DNA of 64,000 nt, taken from a virus. A model generated the notes under the pieces. That model was not told where the DNA came from, ran no database searches, and saw nothing but the letters and a program-made list of their open reading frames with translations. The DNA lies in the IMG/VR virus record IMGVR_UViG_3300028326_000183, positions 1,771-65,770 of that record; one strand, given 5' to 3'. Positions 27,652 to 37,500 of the stretch are shown piece by piece. Both the position numbers and the translations under genes were made by a program. Position 1 is the first letter of the stretch. Each line of letters begins with the position of its first letter.

Positions 27652-29112
27652 TCAGTCAGTAAAAGGATTCCTGCCCTTCCGGTAATCATCGACTAGCATC
27701 TTTGCAAGGTCGATCTTTCCCCGGAGAGAACGGAGTATCTTGCGATCAACAGTACCGGCCGCAATAAGGTATATGTAATGACAGTTCTCTGTCTGGCTGA
27801 CCCTGTGTATGCGGGCTTTTGCCTGGTCGAAATTGCTCATAGAATAATCGAGCGAATAGAACACCATCGTGCTTGCCGCAGTCAGCGTAATTCCGAGGCC
27901 TGCTGCAGCGATCTGTCCAACGAACACGTAGCAGCCAGGATCCTTCTGGAAACGGCTTACCTCCCCGGCGCGGTCCTTTACGCCGCCGCGGATACAGGCG
28001 TAGCCTATCTTCTTTTTCTGCAGCATGGCTTCGATATCATTTAGCTCAGGAATAAAGCGCGCCATGACAACGACTTTCCTGCCCTCTTCCATAACTGAAT
28101 CGATGATGTCCGACAATGCGTCAAGCTTTGCGGTGCTTATCTGATGGGTATCCGATTCATCGTCCGTAAGATGCCCGCCTGTGACCTGCGACAGACGAAG
28201 AATCTTCGTAAGAACATTGACAGCCGTCACTTCACTGCCTTTGAGCTCTGTGAATGAATCCGCCTCAAGCTCTTCGTAGATCTTCATAGTTTTCGGTTCG
28301 AGTTGTACCGTGCGAATCTCCTCCGTTATCTCCGGAAGATCGAGGCACTCGGCCTTTGTCACGCGGTACGCGATGCTATGAAGCCTCCGAAGAAAATCGT
28401 TTAACATCCATTTTCTAAAACGCGGGATATGATTGCCGTAGCCGACCATATCAAAATATGTATTTCTAAATGTATAGAACGATGTGCCAAAGACGCTGCT
28501 GTTAAGAAAGCGATACTGACTGAAAACATCGAGCTCCTTGTTAGTGATAAGCGTCCCGGTAAGCAGCAGCTTATATGATGCATGGTCGCCCAGTTTGTGC
28601 ATGACCTTGCTCTGCTTGCTGCTATGCGATTTGATCTTGTGACCTTCGTCGGCGATGATAAGATCGGCGTCGAACTGCATGAGTTCCTTTTCCAGGATCC
28701 TTGCGGATTCGTAATTAACCACTACTATCTGCAAACCGTCGGAAGACACTTCCTTCAGCATCTTCCTTTTCTTGTCCGAAGTTCCCTGTAATATCGTCAT
28801 TGTATATGGGTACTCAGCGTACTGTTCATATTCTGACTCCCAAACACCCAGGATCGAAAGCGGCGCTACCACCAGCACCTTATTTACGAGGCCGAACTGG
28901 TAAAGGATCCCGGCAATGCCGATAGCCGCCAGGGTCTTGCCGCAGCCCATTTCCATAAGAAGCGCCACTCCCCTGCTCTTTGAATCCGACGGCAGAAGGC
29001 CAAACTTCCTGCAGGCGAAATCGAACGCCGCCTGCTGATGGCTGTACGGCCTTACCTTGACCGGCATCGGAAGAGATGGATTATCGATCTTCTTCAATAT
29101 ATCCACCTCCAT
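27652..29112 (-). CDS. SNF2-family (SF2) helicase
   Basis: LLMEMGCGKT, IIADEGHKIK, LTGT, GLGITLTAA, QAKARIHR. Confidence 0.94.
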   Translation of the reverse strand: MEVDILKKIDNPSLPMPVKVRPYSHQQAAFDFACRKFGLLPSDSKSRGVALLMEMGCGKTLAAIGIAGILYQFGLVNKVLVVAPLSILGVWESEYEQYAEYPYTMTILQGTSDKKRKMLKEVSSDGLQIVVVNYESARILEKELMQFDADLIIADEGHKIKSHSSKQSKVMHKLGDHASYKLLLTGTLITNKELDVFSQYRFLNSSVFGTSFYTFRNTYFDMVGYGNHIPRFRKWMLNDFLRRLHSIAYRVTKAECLDLPEITEEIRTVQLEPKTMKIYEELEADSFTELKGSEVTAVNVLTKILRLSQVTGGHLTDDESDTHQISTAKLDALSDIIDSVMEEGRKVVVMARFIPELNDIEAMLQKKKIGYACIRGGVKDRAGEVSRFQKDPGCYVFVGQIAAAGLGITLTAASTMVFYSLDYSMSNFDQAKARIHRVSQTENCHYIYLIAAGTVDRKILRSLRGKIDLAKMLVDDYRKGRNPFTD

Positions 29113-29302
29113 CCTTCACTTCTTTGATTTCGATGCCTTCAACAGATGCCCCCGGATTTAACACCAGTATCTCCGCAAATTCCCCGAACAGGAATCTCAT
29201 CAGCCTCTGTGGCATGCGAAGCGTTGTACCGCTTAGCACGTTACGCTTATTACCTTTGCAGTCAGAAACATTGACCTTTATGATATGTCTAGATTTACTC
29301 AT
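29081..29302 (-). CDS. Small hypothetical protein
   Basis: 73 aa, RBS GGAGGA. Confidence 0.7.
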   Translation of the reverse strand: MSKSRHIIKVNVSDCKGNKRNVLSGTTLRMPQRLMRFLFGEFAEILVLNPGASVEGIEIKEVKDGGGYIEEDR

Positions 29303-29434
29303 TCTTTTTCGTCCTCCACTCGTTAAGCATTATTTTGAATCGGAGGAAGTATGTCTTCCTCTGCTTCATGCCTTAAAAATCAACCCTTAGTGCTGCCTAG
29401 GAGGAGTGCGGCAGCCTGACTGACGCCACATAGC

Positions 29435-30040
29435 TCAGCCTTCCTTCTTCGGATAGTTGTGACGTTTTACCGGTTCAACGCCGAAGGCTTTATGCGCAAC
29501 TTTTCTGATGATCTTATTCTTGCGGTTAAGAACTGACTGGAGGCTCTTTTCCTTACCGGTGATAACGACTTCTTCCCGGCGAATATCCTCGAGTTGACGG
29601 TTCCTGCCGAAATGCTCGTAGTACAGGTCACGCTGCGCATCAGTGAGTTCTTCATCCACGACCTTTCTGATCTTCGCTAGATCTGGATCTTCTGGCTCCT
29701 GTTCATAATCCAGTCCATCTTGAGAACGAGACACTGCATCCCATGGATCTATGTTGTCGCTATATGAATCAGTGCTAAAAGTCTTCTGTTTCTTTTCGAA
29801 CAACGGGTCTTTCAGTTCGTTTTCGTAGCGGTCGTTAAGGTCCTCCTGATGATTCATTTCATCGATAAGGAATGTTAGTTCTTCTGTGATCTCGTCCTTT
29901 CCGACTTCAATTTTGAAAGTGACTTTTTTCTTCTGATCCGGATCCCATGTCTCATAACATATAAATTTTCCGTCGGCAGAAATGTAGCATTCTCTGTCTG
30001 GGTTGTAGTGTGCTCTGTACTCTGTTTCTTTGCTCTTCAA
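29435..30040 (-). CDS. Sigma-factor-like (region 4 HTH) regulator
   Basis: TTG start; ELTDAQRDLYYEHFGRNRQLEDIRR...SLQSVLNRKNKIIRKV resembles an extended sigma r4 HTH; first gene of the replication operon. Confidence 0.6.
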   Translation of the reverse strand: MKSKETEYRAHYNPDRECYISADGKFICYETWDPDQKKKVTFKIEVGKDEITEELTFLIDEMNHQEDLNDRYENELKDPLFEKKQKTFSTDSYSDNIDPWDAVSRSQDGLDYEQEPEDPDLAKIRKVVDEELTDAQRDLYYEHFGRNRQLEDIRREEVVITGKEKSLQSVLNRKNKIIRKVAHKAFGVEPVKRHNYPKKEG

Positions 30041-30370
30041 TTTAATCGTTCCTTTCCGTCCAAAGTGGTAACGGAAGGATGCAAAAGAGCCTGCTGCTGA
30101 AGATGACCACAGGTTCCAACTGTCCGAAAATGGGCGCAGGAAACTACGGTGGGTGCATCTTCATTCCAGTTACAGCTATATTCGCTGCATCTTGAACTCT
30201 TATGCATCCCGCCGTCCTAATGGCCATCTTGGACTTTGAGATATTAATGTGGATTTCCCTCGCAAGGGATGGGCACTATTCTTTAACTGCCCTAATGACT
30301 AATGGCCTTCCCTATTTCTTTTAAGTTCGGCCTGTAGCAGTGCGTTTCTACGGCATTCGTATTTCCTCCT
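30041..30370 (-). ncRNA. Candidate structured leader RNA
   Basis: About 330 nt with no long ORF; long-range TGAAGATG/CATCTTCA pairing, an RBS-sequestering hairpin, repeated GATGCA. Confidence 0.4.
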
Positions 30371-30461
30371 TTCCTGTTTGAAGTCTCAAAATACTCGTTA
30401 AATGTCTAATCTCGTGGTACCTTTAAAAAGCTTTTTACTAATTGCCACTTTAGATATTTGT

Positions 30462-30511
30462 AAAAAAAAACGGCCGGGGACACGTAAATAATTACGTATC
30501 TTCCCGGCCGT
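30462..30511 (-). terminator. Intrinsic terminator of the SOS small-gene operon
   Basis: ACGGCCGGGAAGATACGTAA-TTA-TTTACGTGTCCCCGGCCGT followed by a long T run on the minus strand. Confidence 0.8.
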
Positions 30512-30572
30512 CTAGCAGCTCTATGGAATAGCAGCTTATTGGTCCACTGCCGCTCATGGCGGTCTCGGACTC

Positions 30573-30728
30573 TTATTTTTTTTCCTTCTTTGGCTTAGCA
30601 ACGGTCTCTATATTGTCGTCACCCAGAAACCATATTGTTGTCGTGTATCCATGTTCCTGTATCTCTATCTTTCTTTCAATAGGATCCGCCTTGCAGACTG
30701 TTTTACCCTTATAGTTCTTAATATCCAA
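30573..30728 (-). CDS. Small protein, paralog of 31093-31299
   Basis: 51 aa from TTG, RBS AAGGAGGT; DIKNYKGKTVCKAD...IEIQEHGYTTTIWF. Confidence 0.6.
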   Translation of the reverse strand: MDIKNYKGKTVCKADPIERKIEIQEHGYTTTIWFLGDDNIETVAKPKKEKK

Positions 30729-30771
30729 TGGAACCGCACCTCCTTTTAGTGGCTCCCGTCTGTTATGCTTA

Positions 30772-31077
30772 TTACAAGATGCTTCTTCCGTGTTTATGCG
30801 GATCCGCTTCATAAATGTCCATTTGCGTCGGAGTTACAAAGTATCCCGTTTCGGTATCGATCTTCGCAAATCCGTACCTGTCACCCGATGCCTTTGTAAA
30901 CATCAGGATATACCCGCTGCCGATCTTATCGAACTCTGCTTCCGTGGTGTCTTCCGCAGGGAAGTGAAAGACAAGTTCCGGCTCGTCCCGTCTCAGATTA
31001 TAGTATATGAATCCTTCCATCTGTCTTTTGACAGCTCCTACATTACCGTTGCATTTAAGTACTTTATCGTATTTCAT
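30772..31077 (-). CDS. Hypothetical protein
   Basis: 101 aa, RBS GAAGGT. Confidence 0.7.
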   Translation of the reverse strand: MKYDKVLKCNGNVGAVKRQMEGFIYYNLRRDEPELVFHFPAEDTTEAEFDKIGSGYILMFTKASGDRYGFAKIDTETGYFVTPTQMDIYEADPHKHGRSIL

Positions 31078-31092
31078 GATGCACCTTCATCT

Positions 31093-31299
31093 TTACATTA
31101 CGACGGAATCAAGACCGTCTTTAATAGGTTCTGAAAGCTCTTTGAATCCGTCTTCCATGGTTATAGCACGGCAGTGCCCGTCATCAAGAAACTGCACTAT
31201 CGTCCAGTAACCGTTGCTGTTTATTTCTACTGTTCTCTTCTGACCGTCTACCTTGCAGATCAGACCGCCTTTAAAATCTCTTACTTCTCTTCCGTTCAT
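31093..31299 (-). CDS. Small protein, paralog of 30573-30728
   Basis: 68 aa; EVRDFKGGLICKVD...VEINSNGYWTIVQF. Confidence 0.65.
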   Translation of the reverse strand: MNGREVRDFKGGLICKVDGQKRTVEINSNGYWTIVQFLDDGHCRAITMEDGFKELSEPIKDGLDSVVM

Positions 31300-31309
31300 T
31301 TTACCCACC

Positions 31310-31582
31310 TCATATCTTGAACAGTTCCCAGTTTGCATCTTTGAACAGGTACCTTAGTTCGAACCTGTGCAGCACGCCTTCTATTTCGCTCTGGCAGCTG
31401 TATACCAGCATATAGTCACCGCACTGCTTACGCTTTTCGACATACAGAATGTCATCCACATTTATCCTGATGAGTTCTCCGCGTTCGTTTTCGAACTTGA
31501 TCTTGTACGGCCGGGGCTGATTTTTGCCAGCAGTAAATACAACCAGGGCATTTACCGGTTTGTTTATGACCTTCATGATCAT
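31310..31582 (-). CDS. Small beta-rich hypothetical protein, first gene of the SOS-boxed operon
   Basis: 90 aa; KPVNALVVF...PRPYKIK...FELRY...WELFKI; RBS AGGAGG. Confidence 0.75.
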   Translation of the reverse strand: MIMKVINKPVNALVVFTAGKNQPRPYKIKFENERGELIRINVDDILYVEKRKQCGDYMLVYSCQSEIEGVLHRFELRYLFKDANWELFKI

Positions 31583-31729
31583 GCCTCCTGACGTTATTCA
31601 ATTATTGCCTGTAGGGATACGATTAGTGATATATGATGCCTGTCCCCGGGCTCAGGAAGAGTTGGCTAGTGATATGGACGAAGGGAAAAGCTGTCCACGC
31701 CTTTAGGTTATCTCTCCTGATGTGCCTTT

Positions 31730-31758
31730 ATTATACGCGAACGGATGTTCTTTTTCAA
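31730..31758 (-). promoter_or_regulatory. SigA promoter with a LexA (SOS/Cheo) box in the spacer
   Basis: TTGAAA-17-TATAAT; GAAC-GGAT-GTTC at 31739-31750. Confidence 0.85.
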
Positions 31759-31891
31759 TAGGCAAAAGTGTATTTATTTATACGATTTGGTTATGATCCT
31801 GAGGGTAATTATACAAGTTTTAGAGCTGGTGTTTTTTTGCGTACTATATTTCTTGCGGCGTGATCCAAGAATATTCGACTGCATAATATAA

Positions 31892-31922
31892 GCCCGGCAC
31901 ATCTACTAATAATGCGCCGGGC
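31892..31922 (-). terminator. Hairpin closing the 217-aa/482-aa operon
   Basis: GCCCGGC...GCCGGGC stem followed by TTATATT on the minus strand. Confidence 0.5.
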
Positions 31923-31977
31923 ATATGCAGCAATATATGCTGAGATTGATACAAAGGTCTGTTATCAAGTCATATTT

Positions 31978-33426
31978 CTAAATAGCGGGCAAGTATCCAA
32001 TTTTATTCACACTGATTATTCCCCTACGAAGTATAGTAATATTGATCGTTTCATATTCAATTTTATCAATTTCATATGATGTTTGGGTACATACAATCTC
32101 TGCTTGTTCGATGTCAGTTTTTGTAATTGGAATAGTATCTATCCCAATCTCATTGAGTAGTTCATCAGACAGTGTGTAATCTTGGTCTACTAATCCAAAG
32201 CAAGTAACTCCTGTATCACAGCATAATGAGATAAATTTATTCTTTCCAATTTTATATAAAACTGCAAATGAAGTCCCAATTAAGCTACCTAATAGATAAC
32301 CCAAAACAGGGAATTGCCATGTTAAAGTTTGAACAATGGTCCCTCCTAACTTGGTTCCTATCAAGTACCCTCCTGTTACAAAGGCATAATCTGCAAAAGC
32401 ATCTGCCATTTCGTGTTTCGTCATCTTACCCGCTGCAACAAGAATACTGTCTTTTATTGCCTGCAAAACTATAGTGACTACAGCGCCAAGCAGCGTAGGA
32501 TCTATTGTCTCAAGATGTTTACCCAACATCCCTCTTCTACACATTATGTATAATTCATATGAAACAAACCCTCGGAGAAATCCATCCACACTTGCACTTA
32601 TTGCTATTTTCCCTGTATGTTTAAGCTGATCAATATTTATTTCTTTATTCTTTATTAGATAATCTATAGATTTGTATATTTCAGGTGCAAGTTGCACGGC
32701 AATGGTAATAGTCGCAGCAGTATATCCGGCTTTTAAAGATTGCCGAAAAACATAGTCATCATGAATAACACTATCAAGTGTCACGCCTACTTCTTTTGCA
32801 TTGAATTCTCCTTTTTGACCAGCACGTGCCATATTCTCAAGCTGTTTTCTACTTGCAGGGGTTGATTCTATTCCTTCTTTGTTACTTAGGTGATCTGTAA
32901 GTTCACGATCGGTTTCTTTAAATGCATCGGAAACACTTTTTCGTGATAAAGATTCTTTTAGCATTCGTCTTTGCGCTTCAGCATGTGCATCTTCAAGTTG
33001 ATCGCAAGGAATAAGTCTTCCTTGTCCTTTATAAAGCGGCTCCCCCGTTTTCTTGTCTATAACTGCCTGGGCTATAGCACTTTTACTACCATCCGCATAA
33101 CTTTTTGCACTGTAATTTTTACCTGATAATAGGCTAATATCAACAGACCCTTTTTTATTACTATTAAGCACTTTGGCCCTATCTAATGAGCCCGAAGCAA
33201 TAGCATCTATGTTGAAAGTCCCAGCGTGAAAGACTTCCTGTACATATCCTTGAAAATGCGGTATATCTTGCCTTCGATATGGATGCGTATTAGTGCTATT
33301 TCCCATCATCTCAATGGCTTTTTCAATTTTACACGTATATGTATTTCCTTCATTTGCCGCATTATCTGCACACACAAGACTTGCAGCAAATTCCCAACCA
33401 CGCTGGATATTACTTTTGTCAGTCAT
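31978..33426 (-). CDS. Hypothetical protein: possible N-terminal nuclease-like domain plus C-terminal membrane helices
   Basis: 482 aa; QGYVQEVFHAGTFN...SVDI...YSAKSY; several Gly-rich hydrophobic helices in the C-terminal half. Confidence 0.8.
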   Translation of the reverse strand: MTDKSNIQRGWEFAASLVCADNAANEGNTYTCKIEKAIEMMGNSTNTHPYRRQDIPHFQGYVQEVFHAGTFNIDAIASGSLDRAKVLNSNKKGSVDISLLSGKNYSAKSYADGSKSAIAQAVIDKKTGEPLYKGQGRLIPCDQLEDAHAEAQRRMLKESLSRKSVSDAFKETDRELTDHLSNKEGIESTPASRKQLENMARAGQKGEFNAKEVGVTLDSVIHDDYVFRQSLKAGYTAATITIAVQLAPEIYKSIDYLIKNKEINIDQLKHTGKIAISASVDGFLRGFVSYELYIMCRRGMLGKHLETIDPTLLGAVVTIVLQAIKDSILVAAGKMTKHEMADAFADYAFVTGGYLIGTKLGGTIVQTLTWQFPVLGYLLGSLIGTSFAVLYKIGKNKFISLCCDTGVTCFGLVDQDYTLSDELLNEIGIDTIPITKTDIEQAEIVCTQTSYEIDKIEYETINITILRRGIISVNKIGYLPAI

Positions 33427-33436
33427 TTGCTTCTCC

Positions 33437-34090
33437 CTATATATGCATGAATGTTTCTAGGTCTTTCTCATATAAATTGATAACACCATAAAATAACATT
33501 TGCCTAGTAAGTATCGCCCTTTCATTAAGAAAATCATCTGCATTCTCAACAGTCTTTACAACTGCATTTTTCCCTGTATCAACAACCTTTTTTGCCCTTT
33601 TTATCACATTTGCAACAACTTTAGAATCTTCTAAGGCGTCGGACATTGCTTCATCATCTCTTGTTTTTTTTATTGTATTATTTCGAGGTTTTATTTCTTC
33701 TGGTATTTTTAGCTCTTCCATTTTTTCTAGAAATGCTTTATGTTTATCCTTATCATGAAGTTCTTTTACATCTGCATAGACAACACCTTGATTGCCAGCC
33801 CAACCATATCTAACACCAAATTCATCGAATTTAACATCAATAACAGGAATCAACTTATCCGTATCTTTTACATCACCTAAAAATAGGACTTTGCTTTGAA
33901 TATTTCCTGCTTTTTTATTTGCCATCCAAATGGGTTCTTCCCAAGAAACGATTTGGATTGTATCATCTTTAGTTCCAATTATTATATCCTCATTTGTATC
34001 GTCATTTGACTCTACCAGTTTTCTCAATTGATTGTTTAGCATTTCATCCTTATACACAACGATCAGTGTTTTGGCTGTATCAAATATCAT
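33437..34090 (-). CDS. Hypothetical protein
   Basis: 217 aa, 10-nt gap to the next gene; no family recognised. Confidence 0.8.
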   Translation of the reverse strand: MIFDTAKTLIVVYKDEMLNNQLRKLVESNDDTNEDIIIGTKDDTIQIVSWEEPIWMANKKAGNIQSKVLFLGDVKDTDKLIPVIDVKFDEFGVRYGWAGNQGVVYADVKELHDKDKHKAFLEKMEELKIPEEIKPRNNTIKKTRDDEAMSDALEDSKVVANVIKRAKKVVDTGKNAVVKTVENADDFLNERAILTRQMLFYGVINLYEKDLETFMHI

Positions 34091-34280
34091 AATACTCCCC
34101 TTTACTATCTAACTATTTAGCAAATTCTATAAAAACATACTATCTACCGTACTGTATACTATGAATCCGTTTTTTAACTGCTACAGTAATACCTTCTGTA
34201 GCAGTTTAAAAAGTATTATTACTTTAACAAATGTCATATATTAATTTAGTGTTTATAATCGATAGAACAACTTCTCTATA

Positions 34281-34520
34281 TTATTCTGAATCTAAAAGCT
34301 TTAATTCCTCGTTTATTATTTTGCTAAGTTGCCTGAGCTCAATTTCAGTTAATGTTATTCCCTTTCCCATTTTTTCATGTTCAGAGTCCCAGTCTCTCAA
34401 ATCATATTTTGGCTCTGCCCCATTCCAACTTATACGATTCAATTCTTTTTTCCAACCTTTACTTCCTTCTGACACTACTCCAATCTGATTAATTATTTCA
34501 TGTTTAAAAGGTTCTTTCAT
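34281..34520 (-). CDS. PC4/YdbC-family ssDNA-binding protein
   Basis: IGVVSEGSKGWKKELNRISWNGAEPKYDLRDWDSEHEKMGKGITLT. Confidence 0.9.
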   Translation of the reverse strand: MKEPFKHEIINQIGVVSEGSKGWKKELNRISWNGAEPKYDLRDWDSEHEKMGKGITLTEIELRQLSKIINEELKLLDSE

Positions 34521-34531
34521 GATCATACTCC

Positions 34532-37500
34532 TTATTTGCACATTATTCTCCATGCTGGTTTATTATTTGTTGCAACCGCTCCACGCCTCTCATATGAATA
34601 CTTGTTTGAGAAGGCTTCAATTACAGATTCAAATTTATCCTTATTATCATTTGTACATATTACCCATAAAATACCACTATTAGCGCGGTTATCAATTACC
34701 TCGAAATCTTTTACTTTTAGCATGTGTATTAACTCATTATCTTTATCTGTACTATTATCTTGTTCTTCATTATTTGTCGATTTCGAGTCGCCATCAACAA
34801 TATCAAACAATGATATTTGTCCTTTAATGCCTTCTTGAATTCGGGCTTGTGATTTTGAATTAGCTATTTTTCTCGAAACGTCTGTTTTAGTTTTTTTTTC
34901 TCTTCCCTTCGTTTGAGCCTTTTCTAAATGAGCTGCATGTGATATCAATATGTTCTTTTCAGTATAATAGTCAGTATCATCACTTCGAATAGTATCTACT
35001 ATTTCCATAGCTCTTATTTTGACTCGTTCAAATAGTTCTGATGATTGCATATGAGAACTATTACTACCTGTTTCTGGTTCTATTCCATATTCTTTCAATT
35101 TAGCGAATACATTATTCATTGCGGCTTCCGGATTTCGGTAATACTTGCTGCCACGAATTCTAATAAATTTCCATCCTATTCTTTCAAGTATTGTTTGCCT
35201 TTCCATATCTGAAAGAATCTGTTCTTCTGTACTATGAAATTGTTCGCCATCGCACTCTACTGCTATTTTGTTATTTTTATATTTGACAACAATATCTATT
35301 CTATATCCACCCACAGGCCATTGCTGTTCGATATTATATCCTTCCGCAACGAGGGCATTACCTACGGATTCTTCGAACGGTGATTCGGATTTTTTGGCCA
35401 CTTCTTCTTTTTTATTATTAAATGCTTGTGGATTCTCAGCATACTCTAATAAATCTCTTCTCATATCACCTGTTTTAAGATCTTTTGTATAATCTAAGGA
35501 GTGGATGATCCATAATTGATCTTTAGCTCGGCTAACAGCAACGTTGTATCTCTGTTTCGTAGAATTGTCCACACCTTCTCCACTTTTTCTTAGCGGGCCA
35601 TCACCCTCATTACTATCAACCAGCGAAATAAATATCACATCTCGTTCGTCACCTTGAAAAGAAGATGCGTCACCACATAATATACGATGTTGTTCAATAA
35701 TATTTGGATCCATTGTTTCAATTATTTTTTCTTGAATATATTTTGCTTGCTGATTTCCTAACAATGAAATGGCTCCGAAAGTTTTATCTTTGTATTCATC
35801 TTGCTCAATACAAGCCATCATAAATGCAACTATATAAAATACTTCTTCTCTGTTATACTTGGAATGTTCAAACCTATTACCATTAACACGATAAGGAATT
35901 ACTGCCGGCAATAAATTAGATGAACTAGCATCTCTTAAAGGTTTGATTTTGTAATCATATGACAGTTTGTTGCTATAGCCAATTATTTCTGGCACACACC
36001 TAAAATGTTCTATTAACATCAGTGGTTGATATGTAGTTCTTGCTATATCATACAATGAAGTCTTGGCATCGTATAAATGCCAATTGGGAATACTGTCTTT
36101 GATATGCATTTGCATTAAATTATTAACACTCTCTACATCTACGCCAACCGCTAATGGACTGACTTGTTTGTCATCGCCAACAATAATAACTTTTTTAGAC
36201 ATATATAATATGGCAAGCGCTGTGATATCTGATTGGCTCGCTTCATCTATGATAATAACGTCAAAGCAATTGCTGCTAGGATTATATGTTTCCAATGCTT
36301 TATTCAAAGGCATAATCCAAGCAGGAACAGCTTCTTGACATAACGCCATAAGTTCTCTTGCACGTCTTCTTAACATTGGTGCATTTTTACCGGTACCTTT
36401 TCCTATCTTTTTGGTTGTTTGTTTCCACCCTTGCAAAGCTTGTTGCATCTGAAGATTCGCTTCGATTTTTAAGAGTAAATGATACCAAGCGCTTAATGTA
36501 GCGACTTCTTCTGTCTTAGCTCTCAGTTTTACGCTTAATTCAACTGACTTCTCCTGCAACTTTTCGAATGGTTCCCTTGTCAATTGATTAATAATACCGT
36601 CAAATTGCTTCCACTTCCAAGCATCCTCTATATTCTCTGGACATGTATTGCTGCCATAAACACCTTCACGATTAGATATTGCAACAGACCAATCTGGTGC
36701 ATTCTCATATATTCTATCTAAAATATCCTTTCGTTTTTCTAATATAGATCGCTTACCTAAGACTATTGATAGCTTTTTCCAAGTAGTATTATAACCGTTA
36801 CAGTCTCCTTTATTTAACGCCTCGGCGAGTTCATGACATAATGGTGAACTCATGAACTCTTTTCGTTTGAGGATATTTACTGTTTCTTCTTTTTTTATAC
36901 GCAAACTGCGGTATTTTATAAATGTATGTACAATAGTCAAATACAATGGAACTTTATTTTCAATGGCATCAAGTGATTTCTCGATACGCGTTGTAACAGA
37001 TTCAGATTTATTATTCTCTAATAGCTTTTTTGCATTGAACCCAGCCGCATTTATTTTGTCACAAATAGCATTAAAACTATTGTTATACCAATCCAAATAT
37101 TTACTTATTTCATTCGCATAGTTTGAAGTGATTTCATCAGCATCGGAATCAAATGATTCATACATTGGAAGGCCATTGTTTCCCATAAGATCATTCCACT
37201 GATTTGCTGTATCCTTTTTCTTTATCAACAAATTTAAATATTTTATTACTATTGCGCAATCATACTCAGACGAAGGCATCTTATCATTAATTAAAATCGC
37301 ATCTAGCGAAGGCTGTAATAGCTTGTTAGTAAAACGATTAATTTTTGTTATTTTCCCTTTTCTTTTATATAAATCTTGTATAATTTTATACTGTGAAATC
37401 AAATCCTCATATGACATTTCGTTATTAACTTGGATGTTTATCTTTTTCCCTGTTAAATCAACAAGAATTGATTCCAGGAATTCTGATGTATCTGTAATAG

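Noticed and set aside
30130-30160. CACCCACC motif suggesting 6S RNA
   Set aside because: The rest of the 6S architecture (long closing stem, central bubble) was not evident; kept only as an unnamed structured leader.
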